The position numbers and the translations under genes are program-made. 64,000 bases of DNA from a virus, in IMG/VR virus record IMGVR_UViG_3300033149_006345, positions 12,592 through 76,591 of that record. One strand, 5' to 3'. The notes under the pieces are model-generated. The model saw nothing but the letters and a program-made list of their open reading frames with translations. It ran no database searches and was not told the DNA's origin. The stretch's first letter is position 1, and each line of letters opens with the position of its first letter. Positions 1 through 8,199 of the stretch are shown piece after piece.

Positions 1-395
1 GGTTTTCGTCCTGTAACTTCCAAAGAATTTGCTCACCTTACTAGGTTCGAGCGAAGTTTACTTGAATGGCGTGTTTGCGGCCGCAAGCGCTTTGTGCGGC
101 CGCGTCAACGGTTTATCCACCGCGGGCGTGTTGTCACGGTGGAATACAAAAGGGCGTGATCATGGTACAGGATGTTTATAAACGTGATCAATCAACCGTC
201 GAGTTTTTACGGCAGGTTGGTTTAGCTTGTCGCAACCTCGATGGAATAGATCATGTGTATTATTGCAAGGCAAAGCGGCAATGTAAGACGCTTTTGCCTT
301 GCGTCTACAATTGTGGTGAATATGAAGGTTGCCAGGACATACCAGACAACCTGCAACCTCTAATATCAACCATAAAACGGATGGAGGAAAAAATC

Positions 396-1043
396 ATGGC
401 AAAGGTAAAGGTAAGCAAAAAGGCAACCGGCAAGGGAAACATCAAGGCAAAGGTAAAGGTTGGTAGCAAAGCAACCTCCACCACCAACCAGGAGGTGAAT
501 AACGGCAACCTGCAAACCACCATAAAGGCAATCAAGGATTTGCTCGATGGATATCAATTTAACAACAAACACAACGTAACCATGAACACGTTGTGCGACA
601 TCGACAAAAAGCTTGACAGGTTGATCGACGCTTTGCGTTATTTTAATGAACGACTGGAAAAATTGGGACCGGCCATAGAGGTTATAAGTCGATATGGCCG
701 GGAAAACCGGCAGGACTATTTGCCGCAAAAGGCAACCGAAAAGGCAACATCCACCTCCACCAAAACATCACGTCTTGGAAGTTTAGTCGGGACAGTATAT
801 AACGCTTTGGTGGAATACACAGAACAGGATGGAGGTGCAACCTTCGATGAGGTGATAGACTATGTAAAGGAACATGGCTTCACCTCCGACAGCAATCTGT
901 CAACCGTCCAGCAATATCTAAAACCTAACGTGCAATTTGTGGAATTTCTCCGCAAAAAGGGCAAGCGATTGATGGAGGTGCTATTTGAGGATGAGGACGG
1001 CAACCAGGTTGACGGTTATGTCCTAGAGGACATAGAGGACTAA
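396..1043 (+). CDS. Putative DNA-binding protein: Lys-rich N-terminus, coiled coil, C-terminal winged-helix-like domain (215 aa)
   Basis: GGAGG at 383-387 precedes an in-frame ATG at 396 (ORF track start at 66 is probably too early). C-terminal LVGTVYNALVEY..GGATFDEVIDYVKEHG..LSTVQQYL looks wHTH-like. Confidence 0.6.
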   Translation: MAKVKVSKKATGKGNIKAKVKVGSKATSTTNQEVNNGNLQTTIKAIKDLLDGYQFNNKHNVTMNTLCDIDKKLDRLIDALRYFNERLEKLGPAIEVISRYGRENRQDYLPQKATEKATSTSTKTSRLGSLVGTVYNALVEYTEQDGGATFDEVIDYVKEHGFTSDSNLSTVQQYLKPNVQFVEFLRKKGKRLMEVLFEDEDGNQVDGYVLEDIED

Positions 1044-1061
1044 GACCAAATATTAACCTAG

Positions 1062-1083
1062 GGCAAGGCAACAATGCCTTGCC
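1062..1083 (+). promoter_or_regulatory. Intergenic hairpin GGCAAGGCA-acaa-TGCCTTGCC
   Basis: Perfect 9-bp inverted repeat between the two + strand genes; function unknown. Confidence 0.55.
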
Positions 1084-1105
1084 TGCAACAACCGGGAGGT
1101 GCAAT

Positions 1106-1351
1106 ATGGCTAAGGGTAAGGTTGTCGGCAACCTGTACATCATGGAGGATTTTACGGACGGTTTAGAGGTGGAGTTTTACAGGATGTCAAAGGATTCAAG
1201 GGGTGGGAAACCTCGATATACTACTCCAACGGAATATAACCAGGATGATCTAATCCTCGATGATGTCCTGGTTATAACTGTCAACCGCAAATCCACCAAC
1301 GGCAAGGCAAAACCAAAGGTAAAGCGTCGGCCAAAGGTAGCTAAAAAGTAA
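1106..1351 (+). CDS. Small hypothetical protein with basic C-terminal tail (81 aa)
   Basis: GGGAGGT RBS before ATG 1106; ends KAKPKVKRRPKVAKK. Confidence 0.7.
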   Translation: MAKGKVVGNLYIMEDFTDGLEVEFYRMSKDSRGGKPRYTTPTEYNQDDLILDDVLVITVNRKSTNGKAKPKVKRRPKVAKK

Positions 1352-1373
1352 AACTCATATCTAAACCTGATGG

Positions 1374-1406
1374 AACCTCCTGGTTGTTACGCCAGGAGGT
1401 TTTTTA
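1374..1406 (+). terminator. Rho-independent terminator
   Basis: AACCTCCTGG-ttgttacg-CCAGGAGGTT followed by a T run, just after the stop at 1351. Confidence 0.85.
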
Positions 1407-1599
1407 TTGCCTTGATCATGGTATATCTCAATGGCCTGTACAGCAAGGCAATATCCAAAACATGCCTTTCCAATGTTTTTCTCTTATAGTTTTCTCTTGT
1501 CTCTGCAATATCGTTTCCTTGCCTGTAATAATATGCAGATACAATAAAAGGTTATATTTGAGATACAGATATTGCTAGCAGATATTTGATTAGTTGAAT

Positions 1600-1782
1600 G
1601 TCTGGTAATTGGTTTACCAGGTAACTGATCATTGGCGATTTGGGTATTTGGTTGTTTGTTCAGGTAGTAGTCGGTGGTTTGGTTTACCTGGTGATTGGTT
1701 TACTGGTAACTGGTTGTTTGGTGATTGATTTGGTGATTTGGTTTACCTGGTGATTTGGCGATTTGATAGTACGCCAATGATC
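1600..1782. repeat. G/T-rich short degenerate repeats (GGTTTACCWGGT, TGGTGATT) bracketed by an 11-bp inverted repeat
   Basis: GGTTTACCWGGT at ~1611, 1681 and 1740. GATCATTGGCG (1627-1637) and CGCCAATGATC (1772-1782) are reverse complements. Confidence 0.7.
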
Positions 1783-2412
1783 CCTTGCCTACAGTTTTTC
1801 ATATCACCAATATACTAAACTCAAAAGTATAAACTAGAACATATCTAATTCGCTTTATACTCGTATCAAACACCTTGCCTGCACCTAAATCTACCTCTAT
1901 CGCCTAATCCCTACCACAGGCAAATCTGGCATTATATGAACGTTGCTATATGCAGGCATTGCCGTATATGCAATCCACTATACACCATGCCTATTTCGTC
2001 TCACAATCGCTTTTCTATGCCTTGCCAATATCAAACACTAGGACTAAGGCGAAAATCGATCACAAGCCAAATTTGATCCATTTGCAACGTACAGATGGTT
2101 TAGCTATGCCTGCATATGCCGGTATGATCGCTGCTATAGTACACAGGCAAGCTTCGATCATCACCTTGAGCACTATACCAGTCGATCCATTGCCCATATT
2201 TCCATGCACCAATATATTGAACATTGCATATGATCATGTGCTGATATATTCCAATATGGCAGCAATATATCCATTGCACCATGTGCTATATATCTATTGC
2301 GGTATACAATACTGCATTTGATCCTATGTGGTATATGGTATAGGGGTATACTCGGGTATACTGTCCAATATACCCAAAGTCCCATTTTGGACACACCGGA
2401 TATACCAAGAAG

Positions 2413-2740
2413 TCAACCTTACACCTAACAAGTTTTCTCAACTCACATATATAAAGAACCTATTAGTTCAACCTTACATCTAACAAATTTCTCCAATCCG
2501 TATATATAAGGAACTATTTAATTCCATATTTCACCTACTAGATTTTTCAAACTTGTATATATAAGGAAGTTGTTTCTATTTTACCTACCATCTAACAACT
2601 CTTTCAAACTCACATATATAAGGAAGTTGTTTTACTTCATCCACCATCTAATAAATTTTTTCAATTCACATATATAAGGAACAACTTAATTCCATATTCC
2701 ACCTGACAATTTTTTCAAACTCGTATATATAACAACTCCA
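2413..2740. repeat. Six degenerate tandem repeats of 55-57 bp
   Basis: TATATAA core at 2448, 2503, 2558, 2615, 2671, 2726; approximate consensus CAYCTAACAAnTTTTTCAAACTCRYATATATAAGGAA. Confidence 0.9.
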
Positions 2741-3066
2741 TTTGCTACACCTGATTGTTTTTCTTGAAACCATTTTTATCCATTCAGATTTTCTTATCGT
2801 CTATTGTTTTTTAAACTTCCATATGTTGAAAGATATATGCAGCAATAAATTTTTCATATACGCATATATATTGGCTTCGTCATATTTTACTTCCCTGAAA
2901 ACTATTGATATTGCAAATTGGAAAAATGAATTTTGGAAAAATATATGGAGGGAAATTTGGATATGGGTATATAAGGGAATGGATAAAAGAAAAGCCATAT
3001 GGGACTCCGTGTTGGAAAATCCCATATGGCTTCCGTTGGGAGGGGGATGTATGGAGGGCTGTATGA

Positions 3067-3168
3067 TTATCTGCGTCTGCCTTTCCCTTTTCTGCTCTTC
3101 TTCAATCGCTTTTGTTTTTCTTTCTTCTTTTGCTTTGCGGTAGGTCTATTCCGTTTTCCCTTGGGCAT
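3067..3168 (-). CDS. 33-aa highly basic peptide MPKGKRNRPTAKQKKKEKQKRLKKSRKGKGRRR
   Basis: Translated by hand; AGGAG 7 nt upstream of the ATG; below the ORF-track size cut-off; last gene of the - strand operon. Confidence 0.65.
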   Translation of the reverse strand: MPKGKRNRPTAKQKKKEKQKRLKKSRKGKGRRR

Positions 3169-3248
3169 ATTGAAGCTCCTGGTTTATTCTCATCGCTTTG
3201 CGTATTGTCTATTCCTTCATTGTACCATAGCCGTTTCAAATTCTGTTA

Positions 3249-3558
3249 TTATACGGTATAAGTATATTTTATTCATTGTTCTTCCTTCCATTTTTCCACT
3301 ATTTGAATTACACCCGGACTATCTATTAGAAATGTTGATGGTGACACAATAATATTATCTTGTTTGGCTACAAGTTCAATAGATATGGTACCCATCCTTT
3401 CCCAAACAGCCTCTTCATCACCTTCTTTTATATCTCTTTTCATACGTTCATAGAGGGTTAAAAAGGCACTGGCTGGATCTGTGCTTAGTACAAGAGCTTC
3501 ACCAAAACTCGCTGCTTTTATACGGTATAAGTATAGCTTATTCATTATTCTTCCTTCC
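3249..3558. repeat. 41-bp direct repeat (3249-3289 and 3518-3558, 38/41 identical) covering an RBS plus gene start
   Basis: TTATACGGTATAAGTATAnnTTATTCATTnTTCTTCCTTCC occurs twice. Confidence 0.9.
3273..3545 (-). CDS. Hypothetical protein
   Basis: ORF with purine-rich RBS, coupled to its neighbours. Confidence 0.7.
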   Translation of the reverse strand: MNKLYLYRIKAASFGEALVLSTDPASAFLTLYERMKRDIKEGDEEAVWERMGTISIELVAKQDNIIVSPSTFLIDSPGVIQIVEKWKEEQ

Positions 3559-3631
3559 TTTCAGGTAATACCAATTTCCTTATTATTGATCCGGGTCTCA
3601 TTCTTACTTCAAACAGATATAATTTTTTCAT
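3545..3631 (-). CDS. 28-aa ORF MKKLYLFEVRMRPGSIIRKLVLPERKEE
   Basis: Translated by hand; ATGA and TAATG overlaps with both neighbours; N-terminus resembles that of 3273..3545. Confidence 0.5.
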   Translation of the reverse strand: MKKLYLFEVRMRPGSIIRKLVLPERKEE

Positions 3632-3828
3632 CTCCCATTTATATCCTTCGATATGCTTTTCGCAAGCCCGTATGAAACAATACCAACCAGTCCTATTGCC
3701 CCAATGAGGAAACGCCAGGGCAATGGGTTTACCATTAAAGCCATAATTTTGAAGAAGGTTAACAAAACCGATAATATAAATATTGTCATTGCTATACTGA
3801 ATAAATCCTCTTTGCTACTATATTTCAT
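3628..3828 (-). CDS. Small membrane protein (2 TM)
   Basis: Two hydrophobic stretches; AGGAGG RBS. Confidence 0.7.
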   Translation of the reverse strand: MKYSSKEDLFSIAMTIFILSVLLTFFKIMALMVNPLPWRFLIGAIGLVGIVSYGLAKSISKDINGR

Positions 3829-3831
3829 TTG

Positions 3832-4644
3832 CTACCTCCTTTCCCATATTATGATTTTTGTTTCCAATCCAACTCTCTTTGCGATATTGATCATATGTTT
3901 TGTTCCCCTGCTTTTGCCGTCCCAAAAGGCTATTAGCTGATCGCTGTATGCAGCCATTAGCCGATTGCGAATGATCCCGGCAGGTTTTCCGAACAAACCC
4001 CAATGCGCCGGAAACAATTTATAGCGAATGTTGTTTTCCTCGGCGTATTTTATACCATATTGATCCGGTCCTTTGGCATTGCCTGAAATTATGATGGCAG
4101 TTCGGGGAATACGTAATCTATCCAAATGTTCCTTCACAAAAATGTAGGAATCCACTATCCGTGATCCTGCAACTATAATCCTCTTCCTTTTGGAAATTCT
4201 CTTGGAGACTATAACAAAGCGAGCGTCCAGTTGAGCTTTCTCCAATATTTGTTTTACATCTCTCCAGTCAAGACCTCCATTACCACATCCAGGTCTTGGC
4301 AAGCAAACCAATTTCCAGTCGTTTTCATCAGCCAGTTGTTTTAGTTGGATAGCTGATTGTTCTATCAATGTTGGATCGGCTCTTTCCCACCAATTATGCT
4401 TCACAGGGAAGGAATATATGTTTTCCAACAGGTGGTTTATTTGGTTCCCTTTTTGTTTGATGGTATTTCCCAATATTGAATCTATGCCATTGAATTTTGT
4501 TTTGGCTTCAAGAGCACAGCCTCTTCCCATAACGGCGGCACCATTTTTCTTTATGGTGCCATTCGTTGTTATACAAACGGCGTCAAATAATATACGTCTT
4601 TCAAACAAATCCATTTGCAGAGAGCGGAATTTGGGGATTAGCAT
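3832..4644 (-). CDS. Macro domain (DarG/TARG1-like) fused to a YspA/DUF2493-type SLOG domain
   Basis: Macro: TTNG..NGAAVMGRGCA, FPVKHNW, LPRPGCGNGGLDW. SLOG: IIVAGSR, IISGNAKGPD, AGIIRNRLMA, AFWDGKSRGTKHMI. Confidence 0.85.
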   Translation of the reverse strand: MLIPKFRSLQMDLFERRILFDAVCITTNGTIKKNGAAVMGRGCALEAKTKFNGIDSILGNTIKQKGNQINHLLENIYSFPVKHNWWERADPTLIEQSAIQLKQLADENDWKLVCLPRPGCGNGGLDWRDVKQILEKAQLDARFVIVSKRISKRKRIIVAGSRIVDSYIFVKEHLDRLRIPRTAIIISGNAKGPDQYGIKYAEENNIRYKLFPAHWGLFGKPAGIIRNRLMAAYSDQLIAFWDGKSRGTKHMINIAKRVGLETKIIIWERR

Positions 4645-4988
4645 ATCTTTTTCCTATATGGTAGTAGTATATTTTTCTTATTCATGGTCCTTTCCCTCTT
4701 CCTGCCTTTTATATTCCAAAAAGATGACATTTCCGACTCTTGAATATTCCAAAGAAATGCCGCAAAATTTGCTACATCTATCCAATCTTCTTTCTCTATA
4801 TGTTTCCTCAACTCGCTTTTGAAAAAGGACTTATACCGGGGAGTATCCCATCCCCGATGTCCCTCTTGGAACTTTTGGTGCAGTTTTCGTTTCATTTCTT
4901 GGGCAAAAGTGTCAATTAAAGCATCTAATCCAATATCACGTATATCGGTGCTAAACCTTAATGTATTCATTTTATATCCCTTATTCAT
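4638..4988 (-). CDS. Phage alpha-helical protein, possibly MazG/NTP-pyrophosphohydrolase-like
   Basis: MKRKL..K..GHRGW and DWIDVANFAAFLW resemble a widespread phage family. Confidence 0.5.
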   Translation of the reverse strand: MNKGYKMNTLRFSTDIRDIGLDALIDTFAQEMKRKLHQKFQEGHRGWDTPRYKSFFKSELRKHIEKEDWIDVANFAAFLWNIQESEMSSFWNIKGRKRERTMNKKNILLPYRKKIC

Positions 4989-5200
4989 ACGTGAGAGAGA
5001 TCGACGACTAAAGCTACTTGCGGACTGTACACAGCATCGTAGTAGTCTCTAAAAGCGTCTGGATCAAGGGTCTCAGCAGATTCCCTAGTGAAACCGTAAT
5101 GCTCAACTGCTATTCTTTTTAGATCGGTGAACCACTCGTCAAAAGGATAATGCTCCAGCCATGCGCTTCTCAATTCCTTTTTCCTGACCCGCTTTTTCAT
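4985..5200 (-). CDS. Hypothetical protein
   Basis: ORF with AAGGAG RBS, coupled. Confidence 0.65.
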   Translation of the reverse strand: MKKRVRKKELRSAWLEHYPFDEWFTDLKRIAVEHYGFTRESAETLDPDAFRDYYDAVYSPQVALVVDLSHV

Positions 5201-5217
5201 TTTTCTCCTTCTTTACT

Positions 5218-5820
5218 TTACTGTCTAGATATATGCTCAGTTGATGTGTACTTATCTGTCTGGTTTCCCCAAACAAACCACCCATGCCTACGTCCTCTTG
5301 CGAAGAGTTCAATAAAAGGACCCCAACTACATGATTCTATAATTACGTACTGTTCATCTGGCTTCCTGCTATGTTCTCTTTTACGTGAAACAATAATATT
5401 CTCTTGAGTTCGACCAGGTTGTAATGTACGAGCACTTTTACCTCGGACTCCAAAAAGGAGTATCTCAGTAACATTTCTAAAGTAGAACCCGACTCCTCGT
5501 CTATCCGGTCCACCATCTTTTCTAATTTTGTACCAGACTATGTTGGTTTTGTATGTAAATCCCCAATGTTCCATAACTTCTAGACCTTCAATCAAAAGTG
5601 CATTGGGCACCCAGAGATATAAGTGCGCTGTTTCTTCTACTATCTTCGAAACAGGAAGCTCTTTGATTGTCTCTATACTTAAAGTAGGGTATCTCCAGAG
5701 TCTCTTATGCTCTGGTGCCATTTTACCTGTATGATTCTGAAACTGCCAAGGCGGATCTGCTAAAACAGTAGCAAACCGTCGATCCCCTACTGATTTCAGA
5801 AGATCTTCTGGCACATTCAT
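5218..5820 (-). CDS. MT-A70 family N6-adenine methyltransferase (orphan)
   Basis: DPPW motif, HLYLWVPN, GVGFYFRNVTE, REHSRKPDE, ELFARG. Confidence 0.92.
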   Translation of the reverse strand: MNVPEDLLKSVGDRRFATVLADPPWQFQNHTGKMAPEHKRLWRYPTLSIETIKELPVSKIVEETAHLYLWVPNALLIEGLEVMEHWGFTYKTNIVWYKIRKDGGPDRRGVGFYFRNVTEILLFGVRGKSARTLQPGRTQENIIVSRKREHSRKPDEQYVIIESCSWGPFIELFARGRRHGWFVWGNQTDKYTSTEHISRQ

Positions 5821-5879
5821 TCCACCAGCTCCCCCTGTTGTTTTTGTACATTATCTTAAATACATAATAGTGAATCTCC

Positions 5880-6131
5880 TTATATCTTCAAGCCAGCCTT
5901 TTTCAAATCCTTTTTCAATTGCTCCAAATGCTTCTGCTGGTTTACCGATAAGCAGGTACGCTTTGGGTCGAACCCGAACCTGTAGGGAAAGAAGGCGCAT
6001 TCCACCGCTGTACATCTTTCTATTTCCGAAGGGTTGGGCACGGGCCATACATTGTCTACTGCCCGTGGCCCACCCATACATTCGGAACAGTTTCTCCTTA
6101 TTAGTTTGAGCAGTTCATTCTTGGTTGCCAT
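5880..6131 (-). CDS. Small Cys-rich (zinc-binding) phage protein
   Basis: IRRNCSECMGG..CTAVECAFFPYRFG pattern. Confidence 0.7.
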   Translation of the reverse strand: MATKNELLKLIRRNCSECMGGPRAVDNVWPVPNPSEIERCTAVECAFFPYRFGFDPKRTCLSVNQQKHLEQLKKDLKKAGLKI

Positions 6132-6696
6132 TTCGCTTCTCTATATTTGCTTTTCTTTCACGGGGTAATATCAGCTTCCTGCTGATTTTCTTTGGAGCTT
6201 TTTCCATAAGCTCCTCCTCAACGAATTTATCCAAGAATGTATGTAGGTTTGCGGACAGGAAATTTTGGAACCTTTCCATAATGGTCATTGTTGCTTCATC
6301 TAGTTCTACTGGCGGTAGTAGTTTATTTTCTTCTTGTGTTTGGCGGAACATTAGAACATAAGAATTACCATGACGACCGAAGAGAAAATGGTTTACTAAT
6401 CCAGGGTCTATTTTATACAATAAAGAAAAAATATACCGGACCAACTCTTGATCTCGTTGTTTATTGTATTGGCTCTTCGATACCGTACCATACCGATATT
6501 TTCCGTATTGGTATTCCACCGGGTTGTATACAACATCAACTTCACTATTGGGATATGATAATGCTGCACCTATAAGCCACAAGGCTCTTGCCAGAAGATA
6601 ATGTTTCTCCCTTGTTGGAATTAAGGGTTTATAATCGTATGGCAAACTCTCCAATGAGAAAACTTCACAAAGATCTCTTGCAACTTCTTCAGACAT
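6115..6696 (-). CDS. Hypothetical protein
   Basis: 193-aa ORF coupled within the operon. Confidence 0.7.
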   Translation of the reverse strand: MSEEVARDLCEVFSLESLPYDYKPLIPTREKHYLLARALWLIGAALSYPNSEVDVVYNPVEYQYGKYRYGTVSKSQYNKQRDQELVRYIFSLLYKIDPGLVNHFLFGRHGNSYVLMFRQTQEENKLLPPVELDEATMTIMERFQNFLSANLHTFLDKFVEEELMEKAPKKISRKLILPRERKANIEKRNGNQE

Positions 6697-6699
6697 TGC

Positions 6700-7380
6700 T
6701 TATCCCCTCAAGCATCTTTGCATTACCAAATCAACGACATATCCGTAATAATGTGCCCCTTTGCAATAGCAAAGAGACTCACCTGGGTCGACACCGATTT
6801 CCCCTGCCATGTATTCCTTCAGATATTGAATACCACCCAGGTTTGCCGGGAACCCACTCCATAGGTCCCAACTCCTATATATTATATGGAAGTGTAGCTT
6901 CCCATCCTGGATTCGTGTATCTATGAGCTGAAGACATGGTGGATCATTCAACTCACGATCAGTCGGCAATCCGACGTTCATGACCAACTGGTTATTCCTG
7001 TACCCATACCTTTTATATATAGAGATAACCTTCTCTATTTGGTCCACCCCAAGCCCGTTGCGTAATCGGCTTCCGTATGTATAGTCTTCCCCTGGTTGTT
7101 TCAGGTTATCCATTATATAACTAGTGTATTCTTCTATGTACCCTGGCTCCACTGGTGGTGGAACTCCAGCCATATGAGGAGGCAGATCCGGTTCAAAAGG
7201 TCGTGCTTCAGGATGAGTGATCTGAACGAAAATCGTATCGAACTCCAATCTCTTTTCCACACCTGCAAAAGAACCGTGGTCTATATCGAACAACCGAGCA
7301 TTATCCGGTGCCGACAATATCAGTTGATGCCAAGCATCAGGTATTGTTGTTGCTCTTATTATGACTGGGTTTAGCATCAT
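6700..7380 (-). CDS. thyA: Thymidylate synthase, short archaeal/deltaproteobacterial type
   Basis: YTYGSRL, DQIEKVI, catalytic PPCL, RSWDLWSGFPAN (Asn indicates dUMP specificity), HYY. Confidence 0.85.
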   Translation of the reverse strand: MMLNPVIIRATTIPDAWHQLILSAPDNARLFDIDHGSFAGVEKRLEFDTIFVQITHPEARPFEPDLPPHMAGVPPPVEPGYIEEYTSYIMDNLKQPGEDYTYGSRLRNGLGVDQIEKVISIYKRYGYRNNQLVMNVGLPTDRELNDPPCLQLIDTRIQDGKLHFHIIYRSWDLWSGFPANLGGIQYLKEYMAGEIGVDPGESLCYCKGAHYYGYVVDLVMQRCLRG

Positions 7381-7383
7381 AGT

Positions 7384-7593
7384 TTACCCCTGAAACGTTA
7401 GAATATGCACACCGATCAAAATAAAGCCCAGGATAAAGATGATTACAAGAGATAAAAGTCGCTCGTATGTTGATAGATCAGGTGTGTTTGTAATATTATT
7501 CGAGATATATAAGATAACCGAGACGTATATTATGCAAAGTACGCCCAATATTCCAAGCATTTTTTGCTCCATCAATATGATCTGCTGATGCAC
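7384..7593 (-). CDS. Small membrane protein (2 TM)
   Basis: Two hydrophobic helices; start uncertain. Confidence 0.6.
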   Translation of the reverse strand: MHQQIILMEQKMLGILGVLCIIYVSVILYISNNITNTPDLSTYERLLSLVIIFILGFILIGVHILTFQG

Positions 7594-7895
7594 TTTTCAT
7601 TGATCCACCAAGTACCTATTTCCCCTCGTGGTCTAACTTTCAATAAACCACGCCATACGGAAATGTCTACCACAGATACTCTTTCGCCAGGCTCAAAAAG
7701 CCTACATCTGTCAAGGAGAATCAATCTAGCAACAGCTTCCACATCTCTTTGTTGCAAACAACTGACTACAATATCATAGTCAGAAAAAGTTTTGGCACCA
7801 AGTGTTCTACGCAAAATAGTTTCAGCTTGTACTGCTGAGGTTGTAATGGCAAGAAGACAAATTACTATGATTATTGTTAAAACTACTTTTCGCAT
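7572..7895 (-). CDS. Exported protein with signal peptide
   Basis: MRK, hydrophobic core, AVQA cleavage-like site; AGGAGG RBS. Confidence 0.7.
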   Translation of the reverse strand: MRKVVLTIIIVICLLAITTSAVQAETILRRTLGAKTFSDYDIVVSCLQQRDVEAVARLILLDRCRLFEPGERVSVVDISVWRGLLKVRPRGEIGTWWINEKCISRSY

Positions 7896-7908
7896 GTTTA
7901 CCTCCTTT

Positions 7909-8199
7909 CTACTCTCTAGTAATTATCCAGTAAGTATTGCCAAGTTTTTCTATACCAATAAGTTCCTCAGTTGGGGATAACATTATCTGAACAACTTTAG
8001 GTTTCTTGCCGAAATTTGGCAATGGAGTTAACTTCAGAACGTGTGGTTGCGGGGTAATTTGTGTTGTATTATTTTCTCCGGTAAATTTTTTTGCAACAAT
8101 AGGTGTTACATACGCCCCTGCAAAAAACATTACAAACATTCCCAACAAAAAAGCAAGAAGTGGATGAATAGAACCACGTTGGTTTATAAATGCTTTCAT
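7909..8199 (-). CDS. Membrane-anchored protein
   Basis: N-terminal NQRG followed by a hydrophobic helix (pilin-leader-like start). Confidence 0.65.
   Translation of the reverse strand: MKAFINQRGSIHPLLAFLLGMFVMFFAGAYVTPIVAKKFTGENNTTQITPQPHVLKLTPLPNFGKKPKVVQIMLSPTEELIGIEKLGNTYWIITRE

Noticed and set aside
1-60. tRNA fragment (GGTTCGA at ~44)
   Set aside because: No T-stem pairing or cloverleaf could be built.
66-395. N-terminal 110 codons of the 325-aa ORF
   Set aside because: A strong RBS precedes ATG 396, and the upstream part is palindrome-rich and not protein-like.
2413-2740. CRISPR array
   Set aside because: The period is CRISPR-like, but whole units resemble one another (no unique spacers), the cores are degenerate, and no cas genes are present.
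1384-3352. ORF-track calls in the repeat-rich region (1384, 1950, 2100, 2173, 2742, 2801, 2999)
   Set aside because: No RBS, biased low-complexity translations and mutual overlaps; treated as non-coding.
6700-7380. dCMP hydroxymethylase feeding DNA glycosylation
   Set aside because: The specificity residue is Asn (FPAN, dUMP-type), and the GTs lie in the late structural operon rather than beside it.
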